From assembly GCA_040143965.1 (NCBI GenBank), contig JASJQH010000046.1:1-38556 (forward strand): 38,556 nt of DNA, read 5' to 3'. Numbering within the stretch: position 1 is the stretch's first letter; each line of letters opens with the position of its first letter. The notes under the pieces are model-generated. The model had not been told where the DNA came from. It searched no databases and saw nothing but the letters and a program-made list of their open reading frames with translations. Source of the stretch: Basidiobolus ranarum. Lineage: Eukaryota. Shown here piece after piece: positions 22,897 through 33,076 of this stretch. The translations under genes were made by a program, and so were the position numbers.

Positions 22897-25458
22897 TTAG
22901 ACAGCTGTAGACGGTTTGAACTTCCGGGAGTGTTGTCTAGTGTTCCGCGAGTAGATCCTGGATCTCCGTAAGGTACTGCTCAGTTTGGAGAAAAGCTGTG
23001 GAACCACGGTGTTATACATGGCGGGATCCGGGTCCAGTCCCACATCAATCATGGTTTGATATAATCTAGAAGCAGTGTCCAAGTCCATTTTCCGTATACA
23101 TCCACTGATTAACGTGGTGAAAGTTGCCTCGTTGGGAATGATGTCGTCGGCAATCATCGCGTTGAATACCGATAGAGCCTGGCGTATGTCGCCAGTTTTG
23201 ATATTTGCCTCGAGGATAGAGGTGTAAGTAACAACATTGGGGGTTAGCTTGCGATGAATCATGTCAGAGAGCAACTTCATAGCTCTTTCAGGATCGTCAT
23301 TCTTCAGATAACCGTCAATTAAAGCTGAATAGGTGATGCTATTTGGAGAGACTCCCTTAGACATCATGAGGTTGAACATACGCATTGCTCTGTTCATATC
23401 GTTGCGTTTGATCCAACCGTCAATGAGGGATGTGTAGGTGAATACGTCTGGAGCCACATCATTCGTAGACATTTCTTCGAATAGCTCCATGGCCTGCTTC
23501 ATACGATGCTGTTTTACACGAGCTTCTATAAGAATGCTGTAACAGACAGTATTGGGTTTGATACGATAAGCAGACATGCTACGAAACGCAGCGATGGCCT
23601 TCGTCATATCTCGTATTCTTACATAGCCTTCAATTAATGAACTAAAAGTATAAGCGTTTGGTCGAATGTTGGATTCCAGCATCTCATTAAGTAAATGCGA
23701 CGCTGTTTTTAAATCCCCGTTTTTGGTAAAACCATCGATTAGCGTGCTGTAGGTAACTTCATTAGGAACCACATTGAACTGGCTCATTTGAGAAAAGTAC
23801 TCCATAGCAACATCCATATTTCCGGATTTAACGTAACCATTGATTAATGCTGTGAATATGACATTATTTGGAGCGACGCGCCTGTCCAGCATCTCTTGAA
23901 AGATCTTCTCAGCTTGAGGCAGGTCGGCCAATCGCGCATATCCATTAACAAGAGTTGAGTAAGCAACCACGTTGGGTGTAATGTTCCGAGCGATCATTTG
24001 ATCAAAAAGCAATCTGGCTTTATCCATCCGAGAACTGCGAACACAACCATTCATCAGACACGTATATATATGTATATCGGGGTCAATACCTGCTTTACCC
24101 ATTCTATTGAGCATGTCGAGGGCTTCCGCCATACGAGAGTTTTTGACCAGCCCATTGATAAAGATACCATACGTCACAACGTTCGGTTGAAGTCGGTAAT
24201 TGGAAAGTGATTCAAAAATACCGAAAGCATCGGCAACTCGATGATTGTCTAAACATGCACGTATCAAGGCACCACATACTATTAAGTTCGGCTCGATTCC
24301 AAATTGAGGCATCAGCTTAAAGATACGCATCGCATTGTTAAAGTCACCCTTTTTCCCATAGCTATTTATTAGCACTGTGCAATCAATAGCATCGGGATTT
24401 ATGTTGTTCTTGACCATCTCATCAAAGTACTTTCCGGCCAGAGATAGCTGTGACATCCTGGCAAGACCGTGAATTAAGGTTCTGTAAGCTCTATCGTCGG
24501 GCTGCAACCCTTTGGCACTCATATCGCGAAATAGCTCCGAAGCTCGTGAAGCATCTGAACTCTCCAGAAGCATCCGGATCATTAAAGTGTAACACTTTGT
24601 ATCGGGTACAAGCTTATGCCGTATTATGTCTTGGTAAAATACCTTCAATAAGTTCTCTTTCTCAATCGCCGAGCATTTTCGAATTAGAAGGCTGAGTACG
24701 CTTGAAGATGGAAACGCCTTTCTCTTAGACATGTGAGAGTACAGTCTGAAGGCCTTCATATATTTGCAATCTTGCAAAAGTGTCAGAAGGGCTGTGTCAT
24801 AGGAGTCAATGAATTTCGAATAAGTTTCGAGTCCATAAAGTTTTTGAAACATAGCCGAGTCTATCATCAGCGGAAGAGTATCTTCGCGAGACTCATCCAG
24901 AATGTAGTTCAAAAATACACGGTTACCTGCAGTATTATGAGATAACGCTATTCTCACACATATTTCTAGAGCTTTTTTTGGATGTATTTTTACGATATCT
25001 CGTATCAATACATCAAGAGATTCTGGCTTGATACTTTTCTTATAGACAGCCAACCTTTCAATCAGTCTCTCTTTTCTATGCCCATCAAGTGCTGCATCGG
25101 CTTCAATGTCTTCAACAAGAGCGTTGAACCAGAACGGTTTTTTTTTATTCGAACATATCGCATTATCTAAAGATAATTCGGAGGCGCTGCTACTATGGAG
25201 TATTCCGTAATTTCTTCCAGTTGATTGAAATGCAGAACTGTTCTCGTATATCAATGTTCGTTGTGGGTTATTCAATCTAGGGTGAGTGAATTTCGTCGTT
25301 GTAGTATATTGAAGTCGGTTTTTAGTCAAGTGTTGTAGGCGTGGAAAAAGAGATGATTGTTTTGTTGACGACGAGCGAACCCATTGAATATGTCGAAAGA
25401 ATACTGAACTTGGAGGGGCCAATCTGTCGACAATTCGGGCCGACTGCCAAGTTATCAT
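22897..25458 (-). CDS. P-type pentatricopeptide-repeat protein (853 aa, about 17 repeats), probably mitochondrial, intronless
   Basis: Fifteen consecutive exact 35-aa repeats (for example VTYSTLIDGFTKNGDLKTASHLLNEMLESNIRPN) plus two degenerate ones. The N-terminus is Arg/Ser-rich and acid-poor. The ORF-track start at 25494 is TTG; the first ATG is at 25458. Confidence 0.93.
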   Translation of the reverse strand: MITWQSARIVDRLAPPSSVFFRHIQWVRSSSTKQSSLFPRLQHLTKNRLQYTTTTKFTHPRLNNPQRTLIYENSSAFQSTGRNYGILHSSSASELSLDNAICSNKKKPFWFNALVEDIEADAALDGHRKERLIERLAVYKKSIKPESLDVLIRDIVKIHPKKALEICVRIALSHNTAGNRVFLNYILDESREDTLPLMIDSAMFQKLYGLETYSKFIDSYDTALLTLLQDCKYMKAFRLYSHMSKRKAFPSSSVLSLLIRKCSAIEKENLLKVFYQDIIRHKLVPDTKCYTLMIRMLLESSDASRASELFRDMSAKGLQPDDRAYRTLIHGLARMSQLSLAGKYFDEMVKNNINPDAIDCTVLINSYGKKGDFNNAMRIFKLMPQFGIEPNLIVCGALIRACLDNHRVADAFGIFESLSNYRLQPNVVTYGIFINGLVKNSRMAEALDMLNRMGKAGIDPDIHIYTCLMNGCVRSSRMDKARLLFDQMIARNITPNVVAYSTLVNGYARLADLPQAEKIFQEMLDRRVAPNNVIFTALINGYVKSGNMDVAMEYFSQMSQFNVVPNEVTYSTLIDGFTKNGDLKTASHLLNEMLESNIRPNAYTFSSLIEGYVRIRDMTKAIAAFRSMSAYRIKPNTVCYSILIEARVKQHRMKQAMELFEEMSTNDVAPDVFTYTSLIDGWIKRNDMNRAMRMFNLMMSKGVSPNSITYSALIDGYLKNDDPERAMKLLSDMIHRKLTPNVVTYTSILEANIKTGDIRQALSVFNAMIADDIIPNEATFTTLISGCIRKMDLDTASRLYQTMIDVGLDPDPAMYNTVVPQLFSKLSSTLRRSRIYSRNTRQHSRKFKPSTAV

Positions 25459-25989
25459 TTTACATAAGTAGGATGGTGTACTCGCCTGAAGCAACTTGTG
25501 TTGTGGTAAAATTATCAGAGGTTTATTGTACCAATTATTCTAGAAAATCAAAGTCTAGAATAACCTTGACGAAGGGATACTTGTCTAGTAAATATTACAA
25601 ACACTTACTATCAACAAGTCAAATTTGCCTTCGTTACCTCACCAAAAACCTGCGTAAGGGCAACTATCATTGTTATAAAATTTCTCTGGCAAGTGATGAT
25701 AATTTTTTTGGGGATCTAAAAAATTCTATACCCATTAGGAGTTTAAGTTTACTATCCCATCATATAGATTGGGGCTCCGCCGTTACTCTCCTGCTGAAAT
25801 CCAGTGGCTAAGCTGCATTTGCAATGGATAAATGGCGTTTAGATTGAGTAAATAGTTATAAACAGATCCAGGACATGCAATTTATTAATCATGGAATATT
25901 TTTTCAAAAGCCATAGTGGGGTCTGTGGAATTTTTACCTTCACAGACGATTGTTCCCAGTAGTAGGAGTCCTCTTTTGAGCCTTCGAAT

Positions 25990-27375
25990 ATGCTTTTTCG
26001 GTCTTCGTTTGTATTGACTTTTAAACGTATTTTATCTATACCATTTTCATTTAGACTTGTCCATACTCAACCTCGTTCACCCGCCTCGCGCAAGGACGTG
26101 AGCAAAGCCCATTTTTTACCTAACAACCGGGTCTCTTCTTACGAACAACGCTGGTTATTAGAAATTTTCGAGTTGAACGAGCTTCGGTATGGGTTGAAAC
26201 GCAATTCACTAGAAACTGTGTCAAAATCCATATCAAAATTGGTGGAATTACGAAGTGGAGAAGTTATCACTGTTAAAGAATTTATGAAAGTAGCACAAAT
26301 GTTTACTCATCATTCCGTGTCGGTCACTGAACGCAACAAAAAATTGGAGTTATTACGGTACTCACTAAGTCCCTGCATTCCCAGTGTTGTTTCAACCCAA
26401 AAATATTCGTATTTATTACGAATTTTATGTAAGTTGAGCGAAACCGCGCAAGTTAAATCCATACTGAATGAGATGTCACGTAAGAAGATGCACCCTGAAA
26501 CTTCCGCATTCAACCATATTTTGGACTTTTTGGCTGACAAAGAGTTTGATTATGCTTTGAAAGTATTTAGAGAAGCTTGTGAATCTCTATTCGTACCTGA
26601 TGTTGCTACCTTTACTACTCTGATAAAGCGAGGAAAATCCCAAGACGTTTCCATCATATATTCTTTGCACCATGAGTTTTCCAATGCTGGTTTAGTACCA
26701 ACTTTGAAATTTTACAACATACTTGTAGATGCCTATACTCAATTAGGGGATATTTCAAAAGCCAGGAAGATGATGGATGAAATGCGAAGCAAAAATATTG
26801 AACCCAACATTGTAACTTACTCCAGCTTAATCAATGGATTTGTAAAGCTAGGAGATACTATGAGTATCACCCAACTCTACAATGAAATAATCGCACGAAA
26901 TATTAAACCCGATGTCATTTTATTGACAACTCTCATGAAGGTTTACGGTGACCGGTCAGACGCCGTAAAAGTTTTAGATATTTATCAAATGATGCGTCAA
27001 CACCAGGTTTCCTTGGATGTCCGTGCTTATACTACATTAATACACGCCCTAACTCGTACATCCGCGGACACCCAGGCATATCGAGTTGTATTGGAAGAGA
27101 TGGAAAAGGAGGGACTCCAACCAAACGTGGTAACCTACTCTATATTGATTGACGCCTACGCTAAGGCTGGAGATATTTCTGAAGCGCATAGATTGTTCAA
27201 CTCAATGAAAGATCGTGGCATAATGCCTGACAAAATAGCCTACGACATACTTATCCAAGGATATGTTAGAATGGGACATGGGCACGCAGGAAAACAACTC
27301 TATGACGAAATGCTCTCCAACAAAATCCTCCCCAAAGAAGGGACTTACGTTGCAGTGGCGCCCTTTTTGAAATGA
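25990..27375 (+). CDS. P-type pentatricopeptide-repeat protein (461 aa, about 9 repeats), probably mitochondrial, intronless
   Basis: Repeats such as VTYSILIDAYAKAGDISEAHRLFNSMKDRGIMPD; presequence-like N-terminus MLFRSSFVLTFKRILSIPFSFRLVH. Confidence 0.93.
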   Translation: MLFRSSFVLTFKRILSIPFSFRLVHTQPRSPASRKDVSKAHFLPNNRVSSYEQRWLLEIFELNELRYGLKRNSLETVSKSISKLVELRSGEVITVKEFMKVAQMFTHHSVSVTERNKKLELLRYSLSPCIPSVVSTQKYSYLLRILCKLSETAQVKSILNEMSRKKMHPETSAFNHILDFLADKEFDYALKVFREACESLFVPDVATFTTLIKRGKSQDVSIIYSLHHEFSNAGLVPTLKFYNILVDAYTQLGDISKARKMMDEMRSKNIEPNIVTYSSLINGFVKLGDTMSITQLYNEIIARNIKPDVILLTTLMKVYGDRSDAVKVLDIYQMMRQHQVSLDVRAYTTLIHALTRTSADTQAYRVVLEEMEKEGLQPNVVTYSILIDAYAKAGDISEAHRLFNSMKDRGIMPDKIAYDILIQGYVRMGHGHAGKQLYDEMLSNKILPKEGTYVAVAPFLK

Positions 27376-27853
27376 AAGATATCTATGGCGTTCATCTCAT
27401 CATCACCGTCCATGTTTCTCATTCTCGTTGCATTCTCTTAGTAGATTTCAATGTAAATATTCAATTGAATTATGTACAATAGATAAAATCATTACAATAA
27501 CAACTATTAGCGTAGCAATTCTATAAATATATGTATCCATCTTATCTGGAGCAAACGGCTGTAGGATCAGTGACCAATGTTTACCCTGTAAACACCTCAA
27601 TTAGTAATCTACTTATCTTGCGCATGAAAGAGGATGAGATTGATTCGCACATGATGCAAGGTGCAAGGCATAAACCTTAATTATTACCAGCAGTTGGAAA
27701 CAGATATAGAGGATTGTAGTAGCATGCAAAATTATTGAATGCAACATGTGATTAAAAAAAACCCAGTGATAATTACCACGATCGACCATTTTCCCCCGTT
27801 ATTGTGCACAAACGTCTAAGATCATCTTTTTTGGAAACTTCGGAGCAGGGAGA

Positions 27854-27860
27854 TGACTCA
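27854..27860 (+). promoter_or_regulatory. Putative Gcn4/CpcA site (TGACTCA) upstream of the amino-acid permease
   Basis: Perfect TGACTCA about 650 bp upstream of the ATG, accompanied by GATAAG/CTTATC at 27541, 27612 and 27991 and TATATAAA at 28346-28353. Confidence 0.5.
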
Positions 27861-28509
27861 CATTCATATATGTACTTGACTACGCTACATTCCCATGTGG
27901 GGCAATTTGAATGCAGAAAATGAACTTTCATTGTCCAGTCAGATTCTAGTGCGGCAAAAATTCACGAAAGCAGAGCGAATCAATGGCCAAGATAAGGATT
28001 TAAGCACCGAATATAGTGGATTCTGGTCAAACAAAGAGACTCAATTAGTTTGGTGCAAGCCAAGTCAGAACGAACACTGATTGACAGTGAAGATGGATCT
28101 TGGTAACTTTAATACTTGTTCCATACACTAGTTGGCGGGTTTACAAATCAATCTAATAAAGATTTGTTGGTTGCATAACTCGGAGGTGATCGATACGAAT
28201 AGTGGAACATCCTTAATACTAATTTAGATCTCAGGAGACTAGATAACCCAGGTAAGAGCCATTTCTCAGCTTATTGGTCAAATACGGTAAACTCCAGAGT
28301 TAGCTTCTTTTTCCTGAACAAGTAGAGTGATTGGGTTTGAAATTGTATATAAAGTAGGGCCACGGCCACGACGACACCAACAAACATTATCGCTTACATC
28401 TCGTGAGGTTGAAGCAACCCATTTCGTGCATACTTTTACTAACCCGCCTATATACCTTTTTTCTTCTAATTAAAACTATTCCTTATTCACTGTACATATT
28501 GATTCAGTC

Positions 28510-30036
28510 ATGGATTACGAACTAAGGCCAGTATCCAAGACTGACAATGAGGTCGAAGTAGAGAAAGGCTCCTTAACCGAACAACCGCAAGAGGCCCTGC
28601 CAAGACATTTGAAGGCCCGTCACTTGTCCATGATCACCATCGGTGGTACGATCGGAACTGGATTGTTCTTAGCCAGTGGCAATTCTATAGCCCAAGCAGG
28701 CCCTGGTGGAGCGTTGGTAGCATACGGATCAATTGGTATCATGGTGTATTTTCTTATGACGAGTCTGGGTGAAATGGCTACCTACATGCCTGTATCCGGA
28801 TCCTTCAATACCTATGGTAGTCGCTTCGTTGACCCCGCCTTTGGATTTGCATTGGGATGGAATTACTGGTACGTTTGGACAACTACCATTGCTGTAGAAC
28901 TTTCCGCGTCCTCGGTTATTGTCAGATTTTGGCTTCCTAATGTTCCCTCCTTCATCTGGAGTTTAATTATTTTGGTGATTATTATGGGTCTGAATTGCAT
29001 ATCCGTCAAGGGATATGGAGAATCTGAGTATTGGTTTTCGATGATCAAGGTGATTACCGTGGTTATATTTGTGATCATTGGCATCCTGGTTGCCGCTGGT
29101 GTTTTGGGTGGTAAGACTTACGGCTTTAGTAACTACACCATTGGTGAAGCTCCGTTCCGAAATGGATTTGGTGGAGTGGTCAGCGTATTTCTTGTAGCTG
29201 GTTTCTCCTTCCAAGGTTCTGAGATGGTTGGTATCACTGCCGGTGAAAGTAGCAACCCTGAAAAGAACATCCCTAAGGCTGTGAAGCAAATTTTCTGGAG
29301 AATCCTTCTCTTCTATATCCTTTCTATTTTCGTGATTGGTCTGCTTATTCCATACAACGATCCCAAATTGATGGAAGCCAACGAGAATGATCCGAATGCC
29401 ATTGCCCAAAGTCCATTCACTTTAGGCTTTGAAATGGCAGGTCTAGGTCCAGCACCATCCATTATGAATGCGGTAATTTTGACCACTATCCTTTCAGCTG
29501 GTAACTCGGGAGTTTATGCTGCATCCCGTACTTTGTGGGTTTTGGCCAACGAAAAGAAAGCCCCTCGATTCTTACGTAAAGTTACGAAAAACGGAATCCC
29601 CATCTATGCGTTACTGTTCACTTGCGGATTCTCTTGCATTACTTTCCTTTCATCCTTGTTCGGAGATAAGGTTGTGTACAATTGGCTTCTATCCTCTTCT
29701 GGAGTGGCTGGCTTCGTCGCGTGGTTTGGTATTGCCTTTAACCATTGGAGATTCCGCCGAGCATTCCTCGCTCAAGGAAAGAAGCTTTCAGATCTTCCTT
29801 ACCGTGCAAAGTTTTATCCATTTGGACCTATCCTTGCTTGTGTTTGCTGTATTATAGTGATTTTCGGACAAGCTTACTTCATCATCACTCAACATCCATT
29901 CCAATGGACCAATCTGTTGGCCAATTATATCGGAGTCATTGGATTTATCATCCTTTTCTTCGGTTATAAGATTGTACACAAAACCAAGCTGGTTCCTTTA
30001 ATGGAATGTGATTTCTCTAGACTAAATGTTCAGTAA
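28510..30036 (+). CDS. lysP: APC-superfamily amino-acid permease, bacterial lysine permease (LysP)-like, 508 aa, intronless CDS
   Basis: About 12 hydrophobic segments; LKARHLSMITIGGTIGTGLF, QAGPGGAL, MVYFLMTSLGE, FGFALGWNYW, TIGEAPF, GFSFQG.E, FWRILLFY, MNAVILT..LSAGNSG. Substrate specificity is not established. Confidence 0.88.
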   Translation: MDYELRPVSKTDNEVEVEKGSLTEQPQEALPRHLKARHLSMITIGGTIGTGLFLASGNSIAQAGPGGALVAYGSIGIMVYFLMTSLGEMATYMPVSGSFNTYGSRFVDPAFGFALGWNYWYVWTTTIAVELSASSVIVRFWLPNVPSFIWSLIILVIIMGLNCISVKGYGESEYWFSMIKVITVVIFVIIGILVAAGVLGGKTYGFSNYTIGEAPFRNGFGGVVSVFLVAGFSFQGSEMVGITAGESSNPEKNIPKAVKQIFWRILLFYILSIFVIGLLIPYNDPKLMEANENDPNAIAQSPFTLGFEMAGLGPAPSIMNAVILTTILSAGNSGVYAASRTLWVLANEKKAPRFLRKVTKNGIPIYALLFTCGFSCITFLSSLFGDKVVYNWLLSSSGVAGFVAWFGIAFNHWRFRRAFLAQGKKLSDLPYRAKFYPFGPILACVCCIIVIFGQAYFIITQHPFQWTNLLANYIGVIGFIILFFGYKIVHKTKLVPLMECDFSRLNVQ

Positions 30037-30346
30037 GCGTGATTTAACTCTAGACAAGAATTATTTATCACTAGACCCACTATTTCCATGTAAATTATTC
30101 TTTTTTTCTTATCGTATGTATAATGAGATCTACCATAATGTGATCCATAATGTGATCTACCTTCATTGGAAACCAATCAAATAAATGCTTATTAGCTGGT
30201 CCATTCTAGGTTCAGATACCATGTCAAGATTGACAAATATATTTTGAAAGGGTTTCTCCTTATATAGTATATTTCTATATTAAGTAATATTAGGATGATC
30301 CAGTAACTCGAATCTCCTAATTTAGATCTACTATCTTGGAATCAAC

Positions 30347-30677
30347 TAGGGGTTAGGTGGTCCAGATCTAAAGTTACAACTTGATTGAATCCCACTAATG
30401 TTTGTTTGGAGTGGCTTCGAAGATTCTGTAGGGTATTCTGTATCACTTGTGATGTTAATTAGTAATTGGTTCCATGAGCCGAATTAAGTCATTGTTCGGT
30501 TATCATTACTTAGGGTTAGGGTTAGGTAGTATATAGCTCCAAAAGTTGACTAAACTTAATGCATGTTGCTTTCTGGTAATGACTGATGCGAAATAGGGTT
30601 AAGGTAAGATGATCATATTGTCATCACTCATGGGTTAGGGTTACGGTTGATTTGGCATGCAGTAATGTCATTTAGGG
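30347..30677 (+). repeat. Cluster of short, degenerate TTAGGG telomere-like motifs
   Basis: TTAGGGTTAGGGTTAGG (30510-30526), TAGGGGTTAGG (30347), TAGGGTTAAGG (30594), GGGTTAGGGTTACGG (30632) and TTAGGG (30672), all on one strand. Confidence 0.6.
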
Positions 30678-30845
30678 ATGGAAACTAATGATTAGTTTAA
30701 TTTCAGTGAATATAACGGGCTCATAGTTACAAAAAATGGGATTTGTGTTAAAGGTGAGGTGAATACGGATAAAGGTAATTGAATGGGTGTTTCAATAAGA
30801 GATGACATTAGGCTAGTATATTCAGTAAGTCTCCATAGGAACTAT

Positions 30846-32409
30846 TCAAACACGTAAGTCTTGAATCTGTTTCAACAGGAAGGTTTTTTCATCGTTAAAC
30901 TGTTCATCATCTGTGGTGGGTGAAGATTTAGTAAATGAAAACGTGAATATAATGGTGTTCTCTCCATTACCTTGGCGTTGGTTCTGGAAGTTCGTTAAGA
31001 ATATGACCAATTTGTCTCGGTTCTTCTTTAGAATCTCGGCGATAGGTTGCGTCTTGTTAGGATTTGCCACGAATACCTTAATAGACCAGCGAATTGAGTA
31101 TATACCGAAAGAAAAGTCTTCTTACAAAAGTTACCTTGAACACATGGAACGCTTCGAATTGTATATTCTTGCTTGGATTGCGAAGCAAATTCATCATTAA
31201 TTTCAGGTTTTCTGGATAGCTAATGTATTTGGTCATCACGTTGAAGTTGGACCGGTCTAATAGAATCTCACTCAACAGCTACGAAATAGCAGTAACTAAT
31301 GTTAAGCTCCATTGGAATAGCCATGAAGTTGATGCATCATTACCTTGAGTGATTGTCTCTGAGTAATATAATTCTCGGAGTTGAGTAGTTTGCTATAATT
31401 ATCAAAGAACTAGATCCGTTGAAAGTTGAGAATGAAATTCAAGAATTAAAGACCATGTAAAGTAGGTGATTACCGTGTCGTAATTGCTCTCTAAAAATGG
31501 TGCCATCAATTGTTTATGGCGAGTGAGAAGTTCCTGGAAATGCTTCAAGTAAGTATGATTTCATCAAAATCCCATCAATATGAATGTAAACCTTGAAAGT
31601 GGCGAAAGCATCGCTGGCTACATCAAAAGTCCCGATCTCGACGTATTCAAAGAATTTAAAGAAATGAGGAGATAACAGTAAAATCTTGGCCAAAGGTTCG
31701 TACTTGATACATTCACGCAAGATCATACCACAATTTAACGCGATATCGTGGTTTTCGTAACTATTATAAGTGTAAGTATGTAATAAAGTCAAAAACTCTT
31801 TTGATTAATATTACCCTTCAAAAAGCATGAATATGATCTTTTCTTTTTGACATAAATGTTCGATAGTAGGTTGTCGTGAACCAATTTGACGTCGTAGAAG
31901 ATTATTGAATACTTGAGCAACATCTTTCTTGGCCTTTTTAAAACGATTTGGAGAGAAGTGTTAATCAAGTAACTCAAATGGTAGAAGAGGCAACGAGACG
32001 TACCTCAAATTCAAGTTTCAAAATCTTGAGAATCAAGAGGTACAAGATATCGTTGGAATAAACCTCTTGAGATAATTGAGTAATAAGTTCTGAATTGGGC
32101 TCTTGATCTAATTAAGAAACGAAGTATATCCTAAAAGGTTAGCGGGAAGGCCTCAAGTAATAAAAAGGTAGGGATGCGTACCTCCTTCTCCATATAAAAT
32201 ATTCTTCATGGCTAATAAATTTTTTGAAACATCTTCTGTAGCCTAGACATATCATATGTACTTAGAAACAACCAAAAGAAAGTGAAATAGGTATTATCTT
32301 ATGAACCAACCCTTTTCCAATCTGCGGTGTCGAGCCTCTGTAAAGCATCCTTAAGGGTGCGTACAATTTCATGGGGACTCTTGGTCTTTGACTTGAAGAA
32401 AATATTCAT
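30846..32409 (-). CDS. HYM1: Mo25/Hym1 (CAB39) kinase scaffold of the RAM/MOR network, multi-exon
   Basis: [124 protein letters not shown]. Confidence 0.95.
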
Positions 32410-33076
32410 GGATAACTTGTAAACAGAAAATGTAAGTAGGATTAGGTATGAATTTCTTGAGTCCCAAGTAGAAAGTAGTGTCCCCTTGAACTAAGATAGT
32501 AGAGTATTTTTTAGTAAACAACTAGTGCGCCAGCTCGAAGATATCCCTGCCATATAATCAGAATCTTGTGGAGTAAAGATCATTAGTTTAAACCAAATAT
32601 CACTGAGAAGTGGTGTAGTTTGGATTTATTTGTTTAAAAAAGTGCCTAATTTATGTTGGAAAAATCAGCACCTTCCCTAGTAAAGTTGGTAGGGGTCATT
32701 AATAGAGCATATGTGGCACAGGTATATTGGGAGGCGGATTCCAAATTTCTTGTAATACAATAGAAGGCAAGTGGTGACTCATTAAGTTAATCCTCGAAAT
32801 TCTTGCTGAGTGAATGTAATGTTCTTACGTAGTCAACAAAAATTAATGGCGATTCCAAAAGTGGCATTATTGGCCAATGAAACTGACGTATGATAAAGGG
32901 CTATATTATTCAAGAGATAGTAATTCGTCATCCCCGAGTTCGAAGGATTTCCAAATGGGCCAAGCCCCATCGTCAATTTGGGTTCAAGTTTTATAAAACG
33001 ATTACCAACGTATTCTTGTAACTTAGTTGATAATTTCTTCACTTTTTCCCTTAAGGTACATTCTCATCACAATAAT

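Noticed and set aside
25459..25494. ORF-track start of the long PPR gene
   Set aside because: It is a TTG codon; the first ATG at 25458 gives a plausible mitochondrial presequence.
25341..25811. 156-aa ORF between the two PPR genes
   Set aside because: GTG start, overlaps the first PPR gene antisense, and has no recognisable domain.
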